In this document: positions 9,623-19,270 of the stretch, piece by piece
Position numbering within the stretch: position 1 is the first letter of the stretch
How the letters are laid out: each line of letters starts with the position of its first letter
Source of the DNA: Porphyrobacter sp.
GTDB taxonomy: Bacteria > Pseudomonadota > Alphaproteobacteria > Sphingomonadales > Sphingomonadaceae
Direction: 5' to 3'
Length of the DNA: 64,000 bases
NCBI GenBank assembly: GCA_041639595.1
Contig: JBEQBX010000001.1
Span: forward strand, 39,629 to 103,628
The notes under the pieces: model-generated
Databases searched by the model: none
Told to the model about the DNA's origin: nothing
The model's input: only the letters and a program-made list of their open reading frames with translations
Made by a program: the position numbers and the translations under genes

Positions 9623-10201
9623 ATGACCAACCGCATCCGCGATATCCGCAAGGCCAGGGGGTTGACCCTCTCCGATCTGGCTGCCGCCTGCGATCCGCCC
9701 ACCACGGCGCAGACCATCGGGCGGCTGGAAACCGGAATGCGCAGCCTCTCGCTGGTGTGGATGAACCGCATCGCCGCCGCCTTGGGGGTTGATCCGGCCA
9801 ACCTGATGCGGGCCGATGCTGCGGCCCATGCGCAGATCGTCGCCGAACTGGGGCAGGCAGGGCCGGATGCGCTGTCCGCCCCGCGTGAGGCATTGCTGCC
9901 CAGCGCGCTGGCGGGCGATGATGGGCCGCCGCCGATGGTGCTGTCGGTCACCGCCAGCATCGGCGAATATCGCCCCGGCGATCTGGTGTGGCTGCGCCCG
10001 CTCGATCCGGCCAGGGCCGCCAGCGCGATCAACCGCGATTGCTTGTTGCCGAAACCTGGCGGGCGCTTTGCCTTTGGAAGATTGATCGACCGACGCGGTA
10101 CATTGGTTGGCCTGTTGCCACCGGGCGCGGGTCAAAAGCAGGTGGTGGTCGACAATCCGGCGTGGATTGCGGTTGCCTTCATGCTGGTCCGGCCGCTGTA
10201 G
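9623..10201 (+). CDS. XRE-family HTH transcriptional regulator with degenerate S24-like C-terminal domain
   Basis: MTNRIRDIRKARGLTLSDLA..TIGRLETG..IAAALGV (HTH_3); C-terminal LSVTASIGEYRPGDLVWL..FGRL. Confidence 0.85.
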   Translation: MTNRIRDIRKARGLTLSDLAAACDPPTTAQTIGRLETGMRSLSLVWMNRIAAALGVDPANLMRADAAAHAQIVAELGQAGPDALSAPREALLPSALAGDDGPPPMVLSVTASIGEYRPGDLVWLRPLDPARAASAINRDCLLPKPGGRFAFGRLIDRRGTLVGLLPPGAGQKQVVVDNPAWIAVAFMLVRPL

Positions 10202-10210
10202 GGACTGCCA

Positions 10211-11395
10211 ATGAAACACGTGCTTGTCCTGTCGACGCTCTATCCCAACCCGGTCAATCCGCGGTTCGGCACCTTTGTCGCCCGCTCGCTGGAAGCGCTG
10301 GCCAAGCGCGGCGATTGGCGCGTCACGCTGATCAATCCCATCGGCCTGCCCCCGCTGGTACTGGGGCGTTATCGGCCGCTGGCTGACCTGCCCGAAGTGA
10401 GCGAGGAAGGCGGCATCATCATCCACCGCCCGCGCTTCACCCTGATCCCGCGCATCGGCGCAAGGCGCAACGCAGGCGCAATTGCGCGCGCCGCGCTGCC
10501 GCTGGTGCGGCGCATCCATGCGGTGACGCCGATCGACGTGCTGGATGCGCAGTTCTTCTTCCCCGATGGCCCTGCCGCAGCCCAGATCGCGCACGAAACC
10601 GGCCTGCCGCTGTCGATCAAGGCGCGGGGCAGCGACATCACCTTCTGGGGCCATCAGGATTTCGCGCGCCGCCAGATGCTGGAGGCAGCACAGACCGCCA
10701 CGGGCCTGCTTGCTGTCAGCCGCGACCTGGCTGCGCAGATGGCGATGATGGGCATGGATGAAGGCAAGATCACGCTGCATTACACAGGACTGGACCGTGA
10801 CAGATTTCGGCCCTTCGATCACACCCAGTTACGCCGTCAGCTTTCCGAGGAGCTGGGCTTTGCCATGCCCGACAATGCGCCGCTGCTTGCCTGCGTTGGC
10901 GCATTGATCGAACGCAAGGGACAGGGCATTGCCATTGCCGCGCTGCGCGAAATTCCCGGCGCGCGGCTGGTGCTGGTCGGCAAGGGGGACGATGAGGCGC
11001 GGCTACGTGCGCAGGCGGCAAGCGATGGCGTATCCGACCGGGTGTTCTTTGCCGGTTCGCTCGATCATGACCTGATGCCGCTGATCCTGTCCGCGGCCGA
11101 CGTGATGGTATTGCCGACTGCGAATGAAGGGCTGGCCAATGCGTGGGTCGAAGCGCTCGCCTGCGGCACGCCGGTGGTGACCTGCGATGTGGGCGGCGCG
11201 CGCGAGCTGATCGCCAGTGATACCGCCGGTCGGCTGGTGGACCGTACTCCGGAAGCGGTGGCAGCGGGCGTCAACGCGGTGCTGAACGCCCCGCCCCCGC
11301 GCGAGGCGGTGGCGGCCCTGACCGAAGATTTCAGCTGGGATGCCAACGCCGCCGCGCTGGCCGCGCATTACGAAAAGCTGGTTAGCGAGGCGTAA
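10211..11395 (+). CDS. Glycosyltransferase family 4 (GT-B)
   Basis: GTFV, KARGSDI, VGALIERKGQ, EGLANAWVEALACGTPVV..DVGG (E-X7-E motif). Confidence 0.9.
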   Translation: MKHVLVLSTLYPNPVNPRFGTFVARSLEALAKRGDWRVTLINPIGLPPLVLGRYRPLADLPEVSEEGGIIIHRPRFTLIPRIGARRNAGAIARAALPLVRRIHAVTPIDVLDAQFFFPDGPAAAQIAHETGLPLSIKARGSDITFWGHQDFARRQMLEAAQTATGLLAVSRDLAAQMAMMGMDEGKITLHYTGLDRDRFRPFDHTQLRRQLSEELGFAMPDNAPLLACVGALIERKGQGIAIAALREIPGARLVLVGKGDDEARLRAQAASDGVSDRVFFAGSLDHDLMPLILSAADVMVLPTANEGLANAWVEALACGTPVVTCDVGGARELIASDTAGRLVDRTPEAVAAGVNAVLNAPPPREAVAALTEDFSWDANAAALAAHYEKLVSEA

Positions 11396-11407
11396 GCCCC
11401 GCCCCCG

Positions 11408-12385
11408 TCACACCTCGCCGCGGGCGATCTTTTCCTGACGGTCGGCAGCGGTTTCGGTCGGGATGAAGCTGTTCGACGTCACGCCCATCCAGATGAGCAG
11501 CGGGCCGGCCATGTAGATCGACGAATAGGTGCCGATGAACAGACCCACGGTGATTGCCGCGACCATGCCGAACAGGCTGGGCGGACCGAAGATCAGCAGC
11601 GGGATCAGCGCGATGAACAGCGTCAGCGAGGTCATCACCGTCCGCGCCAGCGTCTCGTTCACCGACAGGTCGAGCAGTTCGGCCATCGGCATCTTGCGAT
11701 ATTTCTTCAGGTTTTCGCGGATACGGTCATAGACGACGATGGTGTCGTTCAGGGAATAACCGATGATCGCCAGAATAGCGGCGACGATCTGGAGGCTGAA
11801 TTCCATCTGCGTCAGCGCGAACAGGCCCACGGTGACCGACACGTCATGCACCAGCGCAAACATTGCGCCGACGCCGAACTGCCATTCGAACCGCACCCAG
11901 ATATACAGCGAAACCGCCGCCATCGCTGCCAGCAGTGCAAGGATGGCCTGATCACGGAATTCGCCTGCGACCTTGCCCGAAACAGTGTCGTTACCGTCTC
12001 TGCGGGCGTCGGGGTATTCCTTGGCGATGGCCGCGATCACCTTGTCACCGATCGCCGTTGCGGCGCCGGGCGTGTTCTCGGTGCCTTCAGGCAGAGCCAC
12101 GCGGATCGACACCTGGTTGGGTGCGCCGAATTCCTGCACCACCGGATCGCCATAGCCGAGCCCGCCAACCAGCTCACGCAAGGACGGGATCGGCGCGGTT
12201 TCACGCTGGTTGAAGGTCATGCGAACTTCCTGCCCGCCGGCGAAATCCACGCCGAAGTTGAGGCCGTTGATCGCAACCGCCGTCCAGCTGCCGAAGATCA
12301 GCACCAGACTAAGCACGAAGAACGGGACGCGCAGCTTCAGGAACTTGATGTTGGTGTTGTCGGGGACGAGCTTCAGGAGTTTCAT
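11408..12385 (-). CDS. secF: Protein translocase subunit SecF
   Basis: GVDFAGG, HDV, GYSLNDTIVVYDRIRENL, GTYSSIY. Confidence 0.96.
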   Translation of the reverse strand: MKLLKLVPDNTNIKFLKLRVPFFVLSLVLIFGSWTAVAINGLNFGVDFAGGQEVRMTFNQRETAPIPSLRELVGGLGYGDPVVQEFGAPNQVSIRVALPEGTENTPGAATAIGDKVIAAIAKEYPDARRDGNDTVSGKVAGEFRDQAILALLAAMAAVSLYIWVRFEWQFGVGAMFALVHDVSVTVGLFALTQMEFSLQIVAAILAIIGYSLNDTIVVYDRIRENLKKYRKMPMAELLDLSVNETLARTVMTSLTLFIALIPLLIFGPPSLFGMVAAITVGLFIGTYSSIYMAGPLLIWMGVTSNSFIPTETAADRQEKIARGEV

Positions 12386-12398
12386 CGTCTCGCGCTCC

Positions 12399-13997
12399 TT
12401 AAATCGTGATGTCGTTGGGGCGCGTCTTGCGCAGCCACCCGGCGACGAACATGCGGGTCAGCGTAACCCCGGTAAACACCGAGGTCGCGATGCCGATTAC
12501 CAGCACCACGGCAAAGCCTTTGACCGGCCCGGACCCGAACGCGAACAGCGCCACGCCGGAAATGACGTTGGTGAGGTTCGCATCCCAGATCGCGCGGCTG
12601 GCTTCCTTGTATCCGGTCTCCACCGCAGCGATGACCTTGCGGCCCCGCGCGCGTTCTTCGCGGATACGTTCGTTGATGAGCACGTTGGCGTCCACCGCCG
12701 CGCCGATGGTGATGACGAAGCCGGCGATCCCCGGCAGGGTCAGGGTAAACCCGCCCAGCGCCATCAGCCCCAGCAGCATCAGCACGTTGAACACCAGCGC
12801 GATGGTCGCATAAACGCCGAAGCGGCCATAGGTCGCCACCATCAAGGCAATCACGGCCAGGCTGCCGATTCCCATCGCCAGCAGGCCCTTGCGGATCGAA
12901 TCCGCGCCAAGATCCGGCCCGACGGTGCGTTCCTCAACCACCGCCAGCGGCACCGGCAGGGCACCGGAACGCAGCGCAATGGCAAGCTGGTTGGAGGATT
13001 CGGGCGTAAAGCTCCCCGAAATCTGCGCCCGCCCGCCGACAATCGGTTCATTGATGTTTGGCGCCGAAAGCACCTGACCATCGAGGATGATCGCAAACGG
13101 CTTGCCGACATTTTCGCTGGTCAGCTTGGCAAACTTGGCCCCGCCTTGCGCATCGAAGGCGATGTTGACAACGCTCTGGTTGCTCTGCGGATCAACGCCT
13201 GCCTGAGCGCCAGTCAGGTTATCGCCGCGGATGCCGCCCAGCCGCTGCACCGCAATCGACTGGCCTTCACCCGGCGTGCCCGGCGCATAGGGGAAAATCT
13301 CGCTTCCCGGAGGCGCAATCCCGGCCTGCACATTGGTCGGCAGGGCGTTCAGATCGACCAGTTTGAATTCCAGCTGCGCGGTCTGACCCAGCAACTGCTT
13401 CAGCGCGTCGGGATCCTGAAGGCCCGGAACCTGCACCACGATCCGCGTTTCGCCCTGACGGATGATCGTCGGTTCACGCGTGCCAAGTTCGTCGATCCGG
13501 CGGCGCACCACTTCGGTGGCGCTGTCCATCGCATCATCGATCGCCTGACTGACGCCGGCATCGGTCTGTTCGAGCACCATGCGCTGGCCATCAACGACCT
13601 GCAATTCCCATTCGCGAACGGTGGTCGCGCCCTGCATCGCAGGTTCGATCAACCCGCGCGCACGATCAATATCGGCCGCATCATCAAGCATGAAAGACAA
13701 TTGCCCATCTGCGGTCGACACATCACCGATGCGGATGCGCGGTTTGGCATTGCGCATCAGCTGACGGACAGATTCTTCCATGTTCTGGAGACGCTGTTCG
13801 CGAACGTCGCCCGCCTTGGCTTCCAGCAGCAGGTGCGAGCCGCCGGCAAGGTCAAGCCCGAGGTTGACCTCGGGATCGGGCAGCGCAGAGGGCCAGTCCA
13901 GCCCCGCCACATTGAACAGCGAAGGCAGCGCCAGCAGCGATGCCGCCAGCGTCACCGCCCACAGGCTGAGCTTTTTCCAGAGGGGAAAATCGAGCAT
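12399..13997 (-). CDS. secD: Protein translocase subunit SecD
   Basis: LGLDLAGGSHLLL, RRRIDELGTREP, LRSGALP, TLPGIAG, AVDANVLINERIREE. Confidence 0.96.
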   Translation of the reverse strand: MLDFPLWKKLSLWAVTLAASLLALPSLFNVAGLDWPSALPDPEVNLGLDLAGGSHLLLEAKAGDVREQRLQNMEESVRQLMRNAKPRIRIGDVSTADGQLSFMLDDAADIDRARGLIEPAMQGATTVREWELQVVDGQRMVLEQTDAGVSQAIDDAMDSATEVVRRRIDELGTREPTIIRQGETRIVVQVPGLQDPDALKQLLGQTAQLEFKLVDLNALPTNVQAGIAPPGSEIFPYAPGTPGEGQSIAVQRLGGIRGDNLTGAQAGVDPQSNQSVVNIAFDAQGGAKFAKLTSENVGKPFAIILDGQVLSAPNINEPIVGGRAQISGSFTPESSNQLAIALRSGALPVPLAVVEERTVGPDLGADSIRKGLLAMGIGSLAVIALMVATYGRFGVYATIALVFNVLMLLGLMALGGFTLTLPGIAGFVITIGAAVDANVLINERIREERARGRKVIAAVETGYKEASRAIWDANLTNVISGVALFAFGSGPVKGFAVVLVIGIATSVFTGVTLTRMFVAGWLRKTRPNDITI

Positions 13998-14045
13998 TGC
14001 GTCAGGATCTCACACGCAAGGAAATGGAGGACGAGCCAGATAGGC

Positions 14046-14375
14046 TCAATCGTTGGCGGGGCTGCCGCCGGGCGGAATGATGTCGCCGATGGTTGCCTTG
14101 ATCGCCTTGACCCGGACATTGGTGCCCAGTTCCAGTTCGACATAGGTGTCGTCCACCTTGATGACCTTGCCCACCAGGCCGCCTGCGGTGACGACCTGAT
14201 CGCCCTTTTTGACAGCGCCGATCTTGGCCTGATGTTCCTTCTGCCGCTTCATCTGCGGACGGATGATCAGGAACCAGAAGATCGCGATCATGCCGACGAT
14301 GGGCAGGAAGCTGATCCAGGCCGGAGGCGCTGCGGCAGCGCCCGCTCCGGCGGCGGCGAGAAGTTCGAATGTCAT
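14046..14375 (-). CDS. yajC: Preprotein translocase subunit YajC
   Basis: FWFLIIRPQMKRQKEH..KKGDQVVTAGGLVGKV; upstream of secD. Confidence 0.95.
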   Translation of the reverse strand: MTFELLAAAGAGAAAAPPAWISFLPIVGMIAIFWFLIIRPQMKRQKEHQAKIGAVKKGDQVVTAGGLVGKVIKVDDTYVELELGTNVRVKAIKATIGDIIPPGGSPAND

Positions 14376-14578
14376 GCGTTAAAGCCTGTCGGATCCCGTT
14401 GAAGATATGGGAAGACGGATCCGTTCCGCGCACATTGCGTGCGGCAGCCCGGTGTCCCCTCCCGTTCAAGTGGGCGCGACTAGCAGCATTGCAAGCAACC
14501 CGCAATCATTGGCCAGCTTCGCAGGCGCAGACCGCCCGCACCGCGCCGCGCACAAGCGCAATTCCCCACAAACACACC

Positions 14579-14607
14579 TTGCCAGCCCGGATCGGCGCTC
14601 CTATAGG
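14579..14607 (+). promoter_or_regulatory. Sigma70-type promoter for tRNA-Pro(GGG)
   Basis: TTGCCA-N17-TATAGG followed by a GC-rich discriminator, 17 bp upstream of the tRNA. Confidence 0.55.
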
Positions 14608-14624
14608 CCCCCCTCCACTGGTGA

Positions 14625-14701
14625 CGGGACGTAGCGCAGCCTGGTAGCGCATCACACTGGGGGTGTGGGGGTCGGAGGTTCGAATCCTCTCGTCCCGACC
14701 A
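14625..14701 (+). tRNA. tRNA-Pro (anticodon GGG)
   Basis: CGGGACG acceptor stem, TAGCGCAGCCTGGTAGCGC D-arm, anticodon loop CT-GGG-GG, GGTTCGAATCC T-arm, CCA end. Confidence 0.96.
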
Positions 14702-14812
14702 GTGGAAATTTCCTCCTCCGACGTTGTGACACGTCGCCGCGCGGCAATTGCGCGCGGACACAGGACGGTTTAGGCTTGCCAGAGCCCTCTTTGCGAAAGC
14801 CGCCCTTCCCCC

Positions 14813-15829
14813 ATGAACCGCTGGCGTCATGCCGCTCCCGTTGACGATATCCGCGAAGCACTGCTCGGCGCACCTGCCCTGCCGCGCGCCTTTGCCATCG
14901 CGACGCTGGTGGCGGTGGACGGATCGGCACCGCGCGATGTGGGGGCGCAGATGATTGTCACGGACGGCGATTATTGGGGCTTCCTGTCGGGCGGCTGTAT
15001 TGAAGCTGATGTGGCTCGCCACGCGCGCGAAGCCATGATGGAGGGCAAGCCCCGCCTGCTGCGTTATGGCGAGGGCAGTCCGTGGATCGACATCAAACTG
15101 GCCTGCGGATCGGGAATTTCGGTGCTGGTTGAACCGGTCGCGGCAGATGAACCAGCCATCGCCGCGCTGCTGGCAGGCTGGACAAATCGCCATCGGGTGC
15201 TGTGGTCGAGCGACGGGCGGGAACGCCGCGCTGAACCTGTTACTGCGACAGCAAACGATGCCCCTGCCGATCATTGGGACGGCGCGCGCTATGCCCGCCT
15301 GTTCCTGCCGCCTCTGCGGCTGGTGCTGGTGGGCGAAGACGGCGCGGCGCTGACAGCCGCAAGGATGGCCTGCGATATGGGCTGGGATACAGCACTGATC
15401 ACCCCGGGCGGTCCCGACACGCCGCCCTTCACCGGGATCGTCTATTACCGCAGCGATCCGGCGAGCGCCCTTGCCGCCATCGGGATCGACCGCTGGACCG
15501 CTGTCGCGGTGCTTTCCCATGACCGTGACGATGACGAGCGCGGTCTGGCCGCCGCGCTGCACAGCAATGCCTTTTATGTCGGCGCGATCGGTGCGCGTTC
15601 GCGGCTGGAAACGCGGGCGGCGCGGCTGCGCGGGCATGGTGTGAACGATGCGCAGATTGCGCGCCTCCACGCGCCGATCGGGCTTTATGGTTTCGGCAAG
15701 GCGCCGCGCGATGTGGCGCTGTCGCTGGTCGCGGAGGTTGCGCAGGCCTTCCACGCCAGCGCTGCTGCGGCCAGATCGGCAGGCGTGTCGATATCCATCA
15801 GCGCACCCTTGTCGGCTGTGTCGCAATAG
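14813..15829 (+). CDS. XdhC/CoxI family molybdoenzyme maturation chaperone
   Basis: GSAPRDVGAQM, GFLSGGCIE, IKLACGSGI, SHD, FYVGAIG, RLHAPIGL. Confidence 0.9.
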   Translation: MNRWRHAAPVDDIREALLGAPALPRAFAIATLVAVDGSAPRDVGAQMIVTDGDYWGFLSGGCIEADVARHAREAMMEGKPRLLRYGEGSPWIDIKLACGSGISVLVEPVAADEPAIAALLAGWTNRHRVLWSSDGRERRAEPVTATANDAPADHWDGARYARLFLPPLRLVLVGEDGAALTAARMACDMGWDTALITPGGPDTPPFTGIVYYRSDPASALAAIGIDRWTAVAVLSHDRDDDERGLAAALHSNAFYVGAIGARSRLETRAARLRGHGVNDAQIARLHAPIGLYGFGKAPRDVALSLVAEVAQAFHASAAAARSAGVSISISAPLSAVSQ

Positions 15830-16347
15830 GCGACCGCATCGGGGCGCCGTTTGAGAAGCGCGGTTGCCCCCCGATCGCCTTTCAGGTTCACCAGATCGGG
15901 AAAGGCAGCGCGGGTGAAGGCAACCGGGTGGCCGGGCTTGCCGGCGCACCGGGGCCGCGCGGCATAGCCTGCCTCAAGCGCGGCTGTTGCCAACTCGGCC
16001 CACAGACCAACCGGCACCAGCGGCATATCACCAAGGAAAATGCACACGCCCGGTGCATCCGGCCAAAGCGCGGCGATTCCGGTGCGCAGGGTGGCGGCCA
16101 TCCCTTCGCCCCAGTCAGGCGCGTGGACAATCCTGCAGGGCACGCTCGCCAAGCCAGCGCGTAGCCCTGCATCATCTTCGCCGGTCACCACCAGCGTCTC
16201 GGCAAAGCCTGCGCCCGCAACCCGTTCAGCCACCCGCCGGATCACCGGTGCGCCTGCCAGATCGGCAAGCAGCTTGCCGCCAAGCGCATTGGCGCCAAAG
16301 CGCCGCCCCGCCCCTCCGGCGAGGATCAGCGCCGACCAGCCCTGCAA
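15685..16347 (-). CDS. Molybdenum cofactor cytidylyltransferase (MocA-like nucleotidyltransferase)
   Basis: LILAGGAGRRFG..KLL, GMAATLRTG, LGDMP, GHPVAF, LKGDRGA, DIDTPADL; TTG start 1 bp after the upstream stop. Confidence 0.85.
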   Translation of the reverse strand: MQGWSALILAGGAGRRFGANALGGKLLADLAGAPVIRRVAERVAGAGFAETLVVTGEDDAGLRAGLASVPCRIVHAPDWGEGMAATLRTGIAALWPDAPGVCIFLGDMPLVPVGLWAELATAALEAGYAARPRCAGKPGHPVAFTRAAFPDLVNLKGDRGATALLKRRPDAVAYCDTADKGALMDIDTPADLAAAALAWKACATSATSDSATSRGALPKP

Positions 16348-16348
16348 C

Positions 16349-18613
16349 TTACGCCTTGGCCTGAGTGAGCAGCGGCAGGTTGCGGATGCGTTTTCCGCTC
16401 GCTGCAGCCAGCGCGTTGGCAAGCGCCGGAGAAGCAGGCGGCAGGCCGGGTTCACCGATCCCGCCGGTCTTCGCGCCACTTTCGATGAAGTGCACATCAA
16501 TCGCAGGCGGTGCATCGGCCAGTTTCAGGATCGGGTAGTCGGCAAAATTGCTTTCGACCACCGCGCCCTTGTCCAGCGTGACCTGTTCGCCGATGGCTGA
16601 CGACAGCCCCATGATCAGTCCGCCCGCGATTTGCGCTTCGGCATTCAGCGGGTTCACCGTGGTGCCGCAATCGACCACTGCCCATGCCTTCAGAACATCG
16701 GGGCTGCCGTCTTCCTTCACCCCTGCCTCGACCACTTCGGCCACGATCGTACCGAAGCTTTCGACAATTGCGATCCCGCGCCCGACGCCTTCGGGCAGCG
16801 GCGTGCCCCAGCCGGAACGCTTGGCCACCATGTCCAGCACGGCAATATGCCGGGAACCGGGGGCAAGATGCTTGCGCCGGAACTGGTAGGGGTCCTCGCC
16901 CGCTGCCGCCGCGAGTTCATCCATGAAGCTTTCGGTGTAGAACCCGATCTGCGTCGCGTTGACCGACCGCCACGGCCCGTCGATCTGGTTGGACTGATAG
17001 GCGAAATGGCGGCGCGAGGTTGCGGGGATATCGTAGATGAACGGCACCTCGCCTTCGGCATTGCCGCTTTGGGCATAGTCCATCCGCAGGCCGGTGTTGG
17101 TTCCGTCCTTGATCGCGGCCTTGAGCATGGATGAGGATTGCGGGCGATAGGTGCCATGCCGCACCTCTTCCTCGCGGCTCCACACCAGCTTGACCGGATA
17201 GGGCACCTGCTTGGCCAGCAATGCGATCTGGCCGATGATTTCGACGATATCAGGGAAGCGCCGGCCAAAGCCGCCGCCCATGATCATCGGATTGAAGACG
17301 ACGTTTTCGACATCCAGCCCCGCAGCCTTGGCGGCGCGGGTGCGGGTGCTGAGCGGGTCCTGCAATCCGCCCCACAGGTGAAGCGTGCCGTCCTTGAAAT
17401 GGCCGGTCAGCGCAAACGGCTCCATCATCGCATGGTGAAGGAAGGGGACGCGGTATTGCGCCTCGACCACCTTTGCACCCGCCGCGCCGAAAGCGGCATC
17501 GACATCGCCATCGCCGGCTTCGTTATCGGGCTTGCCGCCCGCCATCAGCTTGGCCTGCGCGGCGTAAATCGCCGGGGTCGAAACCGCAGCATGGCCGCCG
17601 TCCGAGAACTTGGGCGACAGGGCAGCAAGCCCCTTGGTCGCGGGCCAGTATCCCTTGGCAACAACGATGACAGCGTCATCGAGCTTCACGACCTTTTCCA
17701 CGCCCTTCACGGCGAGTGCAGGTGCTTCGTCGACCGAGTCCAGCTTGCCGCCGCGCACCGGTGCTGCCGCAATGGTGGCGACGCGCATGTCGGGAAGCGT
17801 GAAGTCGATCCCGTAAACCGCGCTGCCATCGACTTTGGCAGGAATATCGCGGCGCACCACCGGCTTGCCGATCAGCTTCCACTGGTCGCGGGTCTTGAGC
17901 ACCGGATCGCTGCTGAGCGATCGCGCCGCCGCGCCTGCCGCCAATTCGCCGTAACGCAGGGACTTCCCAGATTTGGCATGGGTCACGACGCTGTCAGCCG
18001 TGGTGAGTTCGCTGGCGGGAACACCCAGCCGGTCAGCCGCCTCCGCGATCAGCGCCATGCGCACCGCAGCGCCCGTCTTGCGCATGCCGACTTCGCCGGT
18101 GAAGCGGATCGCGGAGGAACCGCCCGTGATCATAAGCGGCATCGAACGTGCCATCATGCTGATGATCGCATCGGGCAGCAGGCCCGCCACCATCTCGCCC
18201 GCCATTTCGGGCAGAAAACCCTTGGCCAGCGCCGCGTTGGCAAAGGCAAGGTCAGCCGGAGCCTGTTCGATCTTCACCTTGTCCCATGCCGCATCAAGCT
18301 CGTCCGCCAGCATCTGTCCCAGCGCCGTGTGCGATCCCTGACCGAAATCGATGTGCGGGGAAAACACCGTCACCGTGTCATCATCGGCGATCTTCATCCA
18401 GGTGAGAAAGCCATGCTCGCCCTCACCAACGGTCAGCGCCTTGGCTTTCGCCTTCGCGCCTTTGTCGGTCCACCACACACCGAACATGCCGCCGCCGACG
18501 ACCAGCGCGCTGCCGATCAGGAAGATGCGGCGTTTAACGCCCTTCTTCTTCGGTTTGGCCGGAGCCGGGGTTTCGGGCCGATCGAGATCGGGATTGGGGT
18601 TGTCAGCCATCAT
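16349..18613 (-). CDS. Xanthine dehydrogenase-family molybdopterin subunit (IorB / isoquinoline 1-oxidoreductase beta-like)
   Basis: Tat-like [50 protein letters not shown]. Confidence 0.9.
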   Translation of the reverse strand: MMADNPNPDLDRPETPAPAKPKKKGVKRRIFLIGSALVVGGGMFGVWWTDKGAKAKAKALTVGEGEHGFLTWMKIADDDTVTVFSPHIDFGQGSHTALGQMLADELDAAWDKVKIEQAPADLAFANAALAKGFLPEMAGEMVAGLLPDAIISMMARSMPLMITGGSSAIRFTGEVGMRKTGAAVRMALIAEAADRLGVPASELTTADSVVTHAKSGKSLRYGELAAGAAARSLSSDPVLKTRDQWKLIGKPVVRRDIPAKVDGSAVYGIDFTLPDMRVATIAAAPVRGGKLDSVDEAPALAVKGVEKVVKLDDAVIVVAKGYWPATKGLAALSPKFSDGGHAAVSTPAIYAAQAKLMAGGKPDNEAGDGDVDAAFGAAGAKVVEAQYRVPFLHHAMMEPFALTGHFKDGTLHLWGGLQDPLSTRTRAAKAAGLDVENVVFNPMIMGGGFGRRFPDIVEIIGQIALLAKQVPYPVKLVWSREEEVRHGTYRPQSSSMLKAAIKDGTNTGLRMDYAQSGNAEGEVPFIYDIPATSRRHFAYQSNQIDGPWRSVNATQIGFYTESFMDELAAAAGEDPYQFRRKHLAPGSRHIAVLDMVAKRSGWGTPLPEGVGRGIAIVESFGTIVAEVVEAGVKEDGSPDVLKAWAVVDCGTTVNPLNAEAQIAGGLIMGLSSAIGEQVTLDKGAVVESNFADYPILKLADAPPAIDVHFIESGAKTGGIGEPGLPPASPALANALAAASGKRIRNLPLLTQAKA

Positions 18614-19089
18614 GCCTCTCCCGTCGTGGCGGCAGCCGCACCTGTTGCGGCAAGAATTGCGGTACGGATGCGCGGATATGTGCCGCAGCGGCAGATATTG
18701 GTCATCGCCTCGTCGATCTGTGCGTCGGACGGCGTGCCGACCTGTTCAATCAGGGCGACCGCCGCCATGATCTGGCCCGACTGGCAGTATCCGCATTGCG
18801 GTACCTGCGCGTCGATCCACGCCTGCTGCACCTTGTGAAGCACCCCGTCAGCGCCCTTCAGCCCTTCGATGGTGGTCACCGCCTTGCCGGCCATTTCGCC
18901 AAGGGGGACGCTGCACGACCGTGTCACCGCGCCGTCGACATGAACGGAACACGCACCGCACGCGGCAATGCCGCAGCCGAACTTTGTGCCGGTCATCCCC
19001 AGATCGTCACGCAACACCCACAGCAAGGGCGTGTCGGCCTCTGCCTCCACGCTCACCGGTTTGCCATTCACCGAAAATGCGATTGCCAC
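18610..19089 (-). CDS. 2Fe-2S subunit (IorA-like)
   Basis: [34 protein letters not shown]; GTG start with AGGGGG RBS; ATGA overlap with the Mo subunit. Confidence 0.92.
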   Translation of the reverse strand: MAIAFSVNGKPVSVEAEADTPLLWVLRDDLGMTGTKFGCGIAACGACSVHVDGAVTRSCSVPLGEMAGKAVTTIEGLKGADGVLHKVQQAWIDAQVPQCGYCQSGQIMAAVALIEQVGTPSDAQIDEAMTNICRCGTYPRIRTAILAATGAAAATTGEA

Positions 19090-19270
19090 CGCGTAATCCC
19101 CCTGTTCGAATTTGCGTCCTGCATAACAACCTGTCGCTGCGCCGCCTAATGGAAAGAGGGGACTGATGCCGCAGGTGCCACCTGCGTTCGTCGATGACCA
19201 ATCCCGCTTGGACGAAGGCATGGCCGGCAAACACTCGACATTGCGCATCTTTTCCGGCCAAGCGCGCCGC

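Noticed and set aside
14480-15949. 489-aa minus-strand ORF spanning tRNA-Pro, and ORFs over the tRNAs at 30903-31419
   Set aside because: They overlap well-formed tRNA genes and xdhC; spurious.
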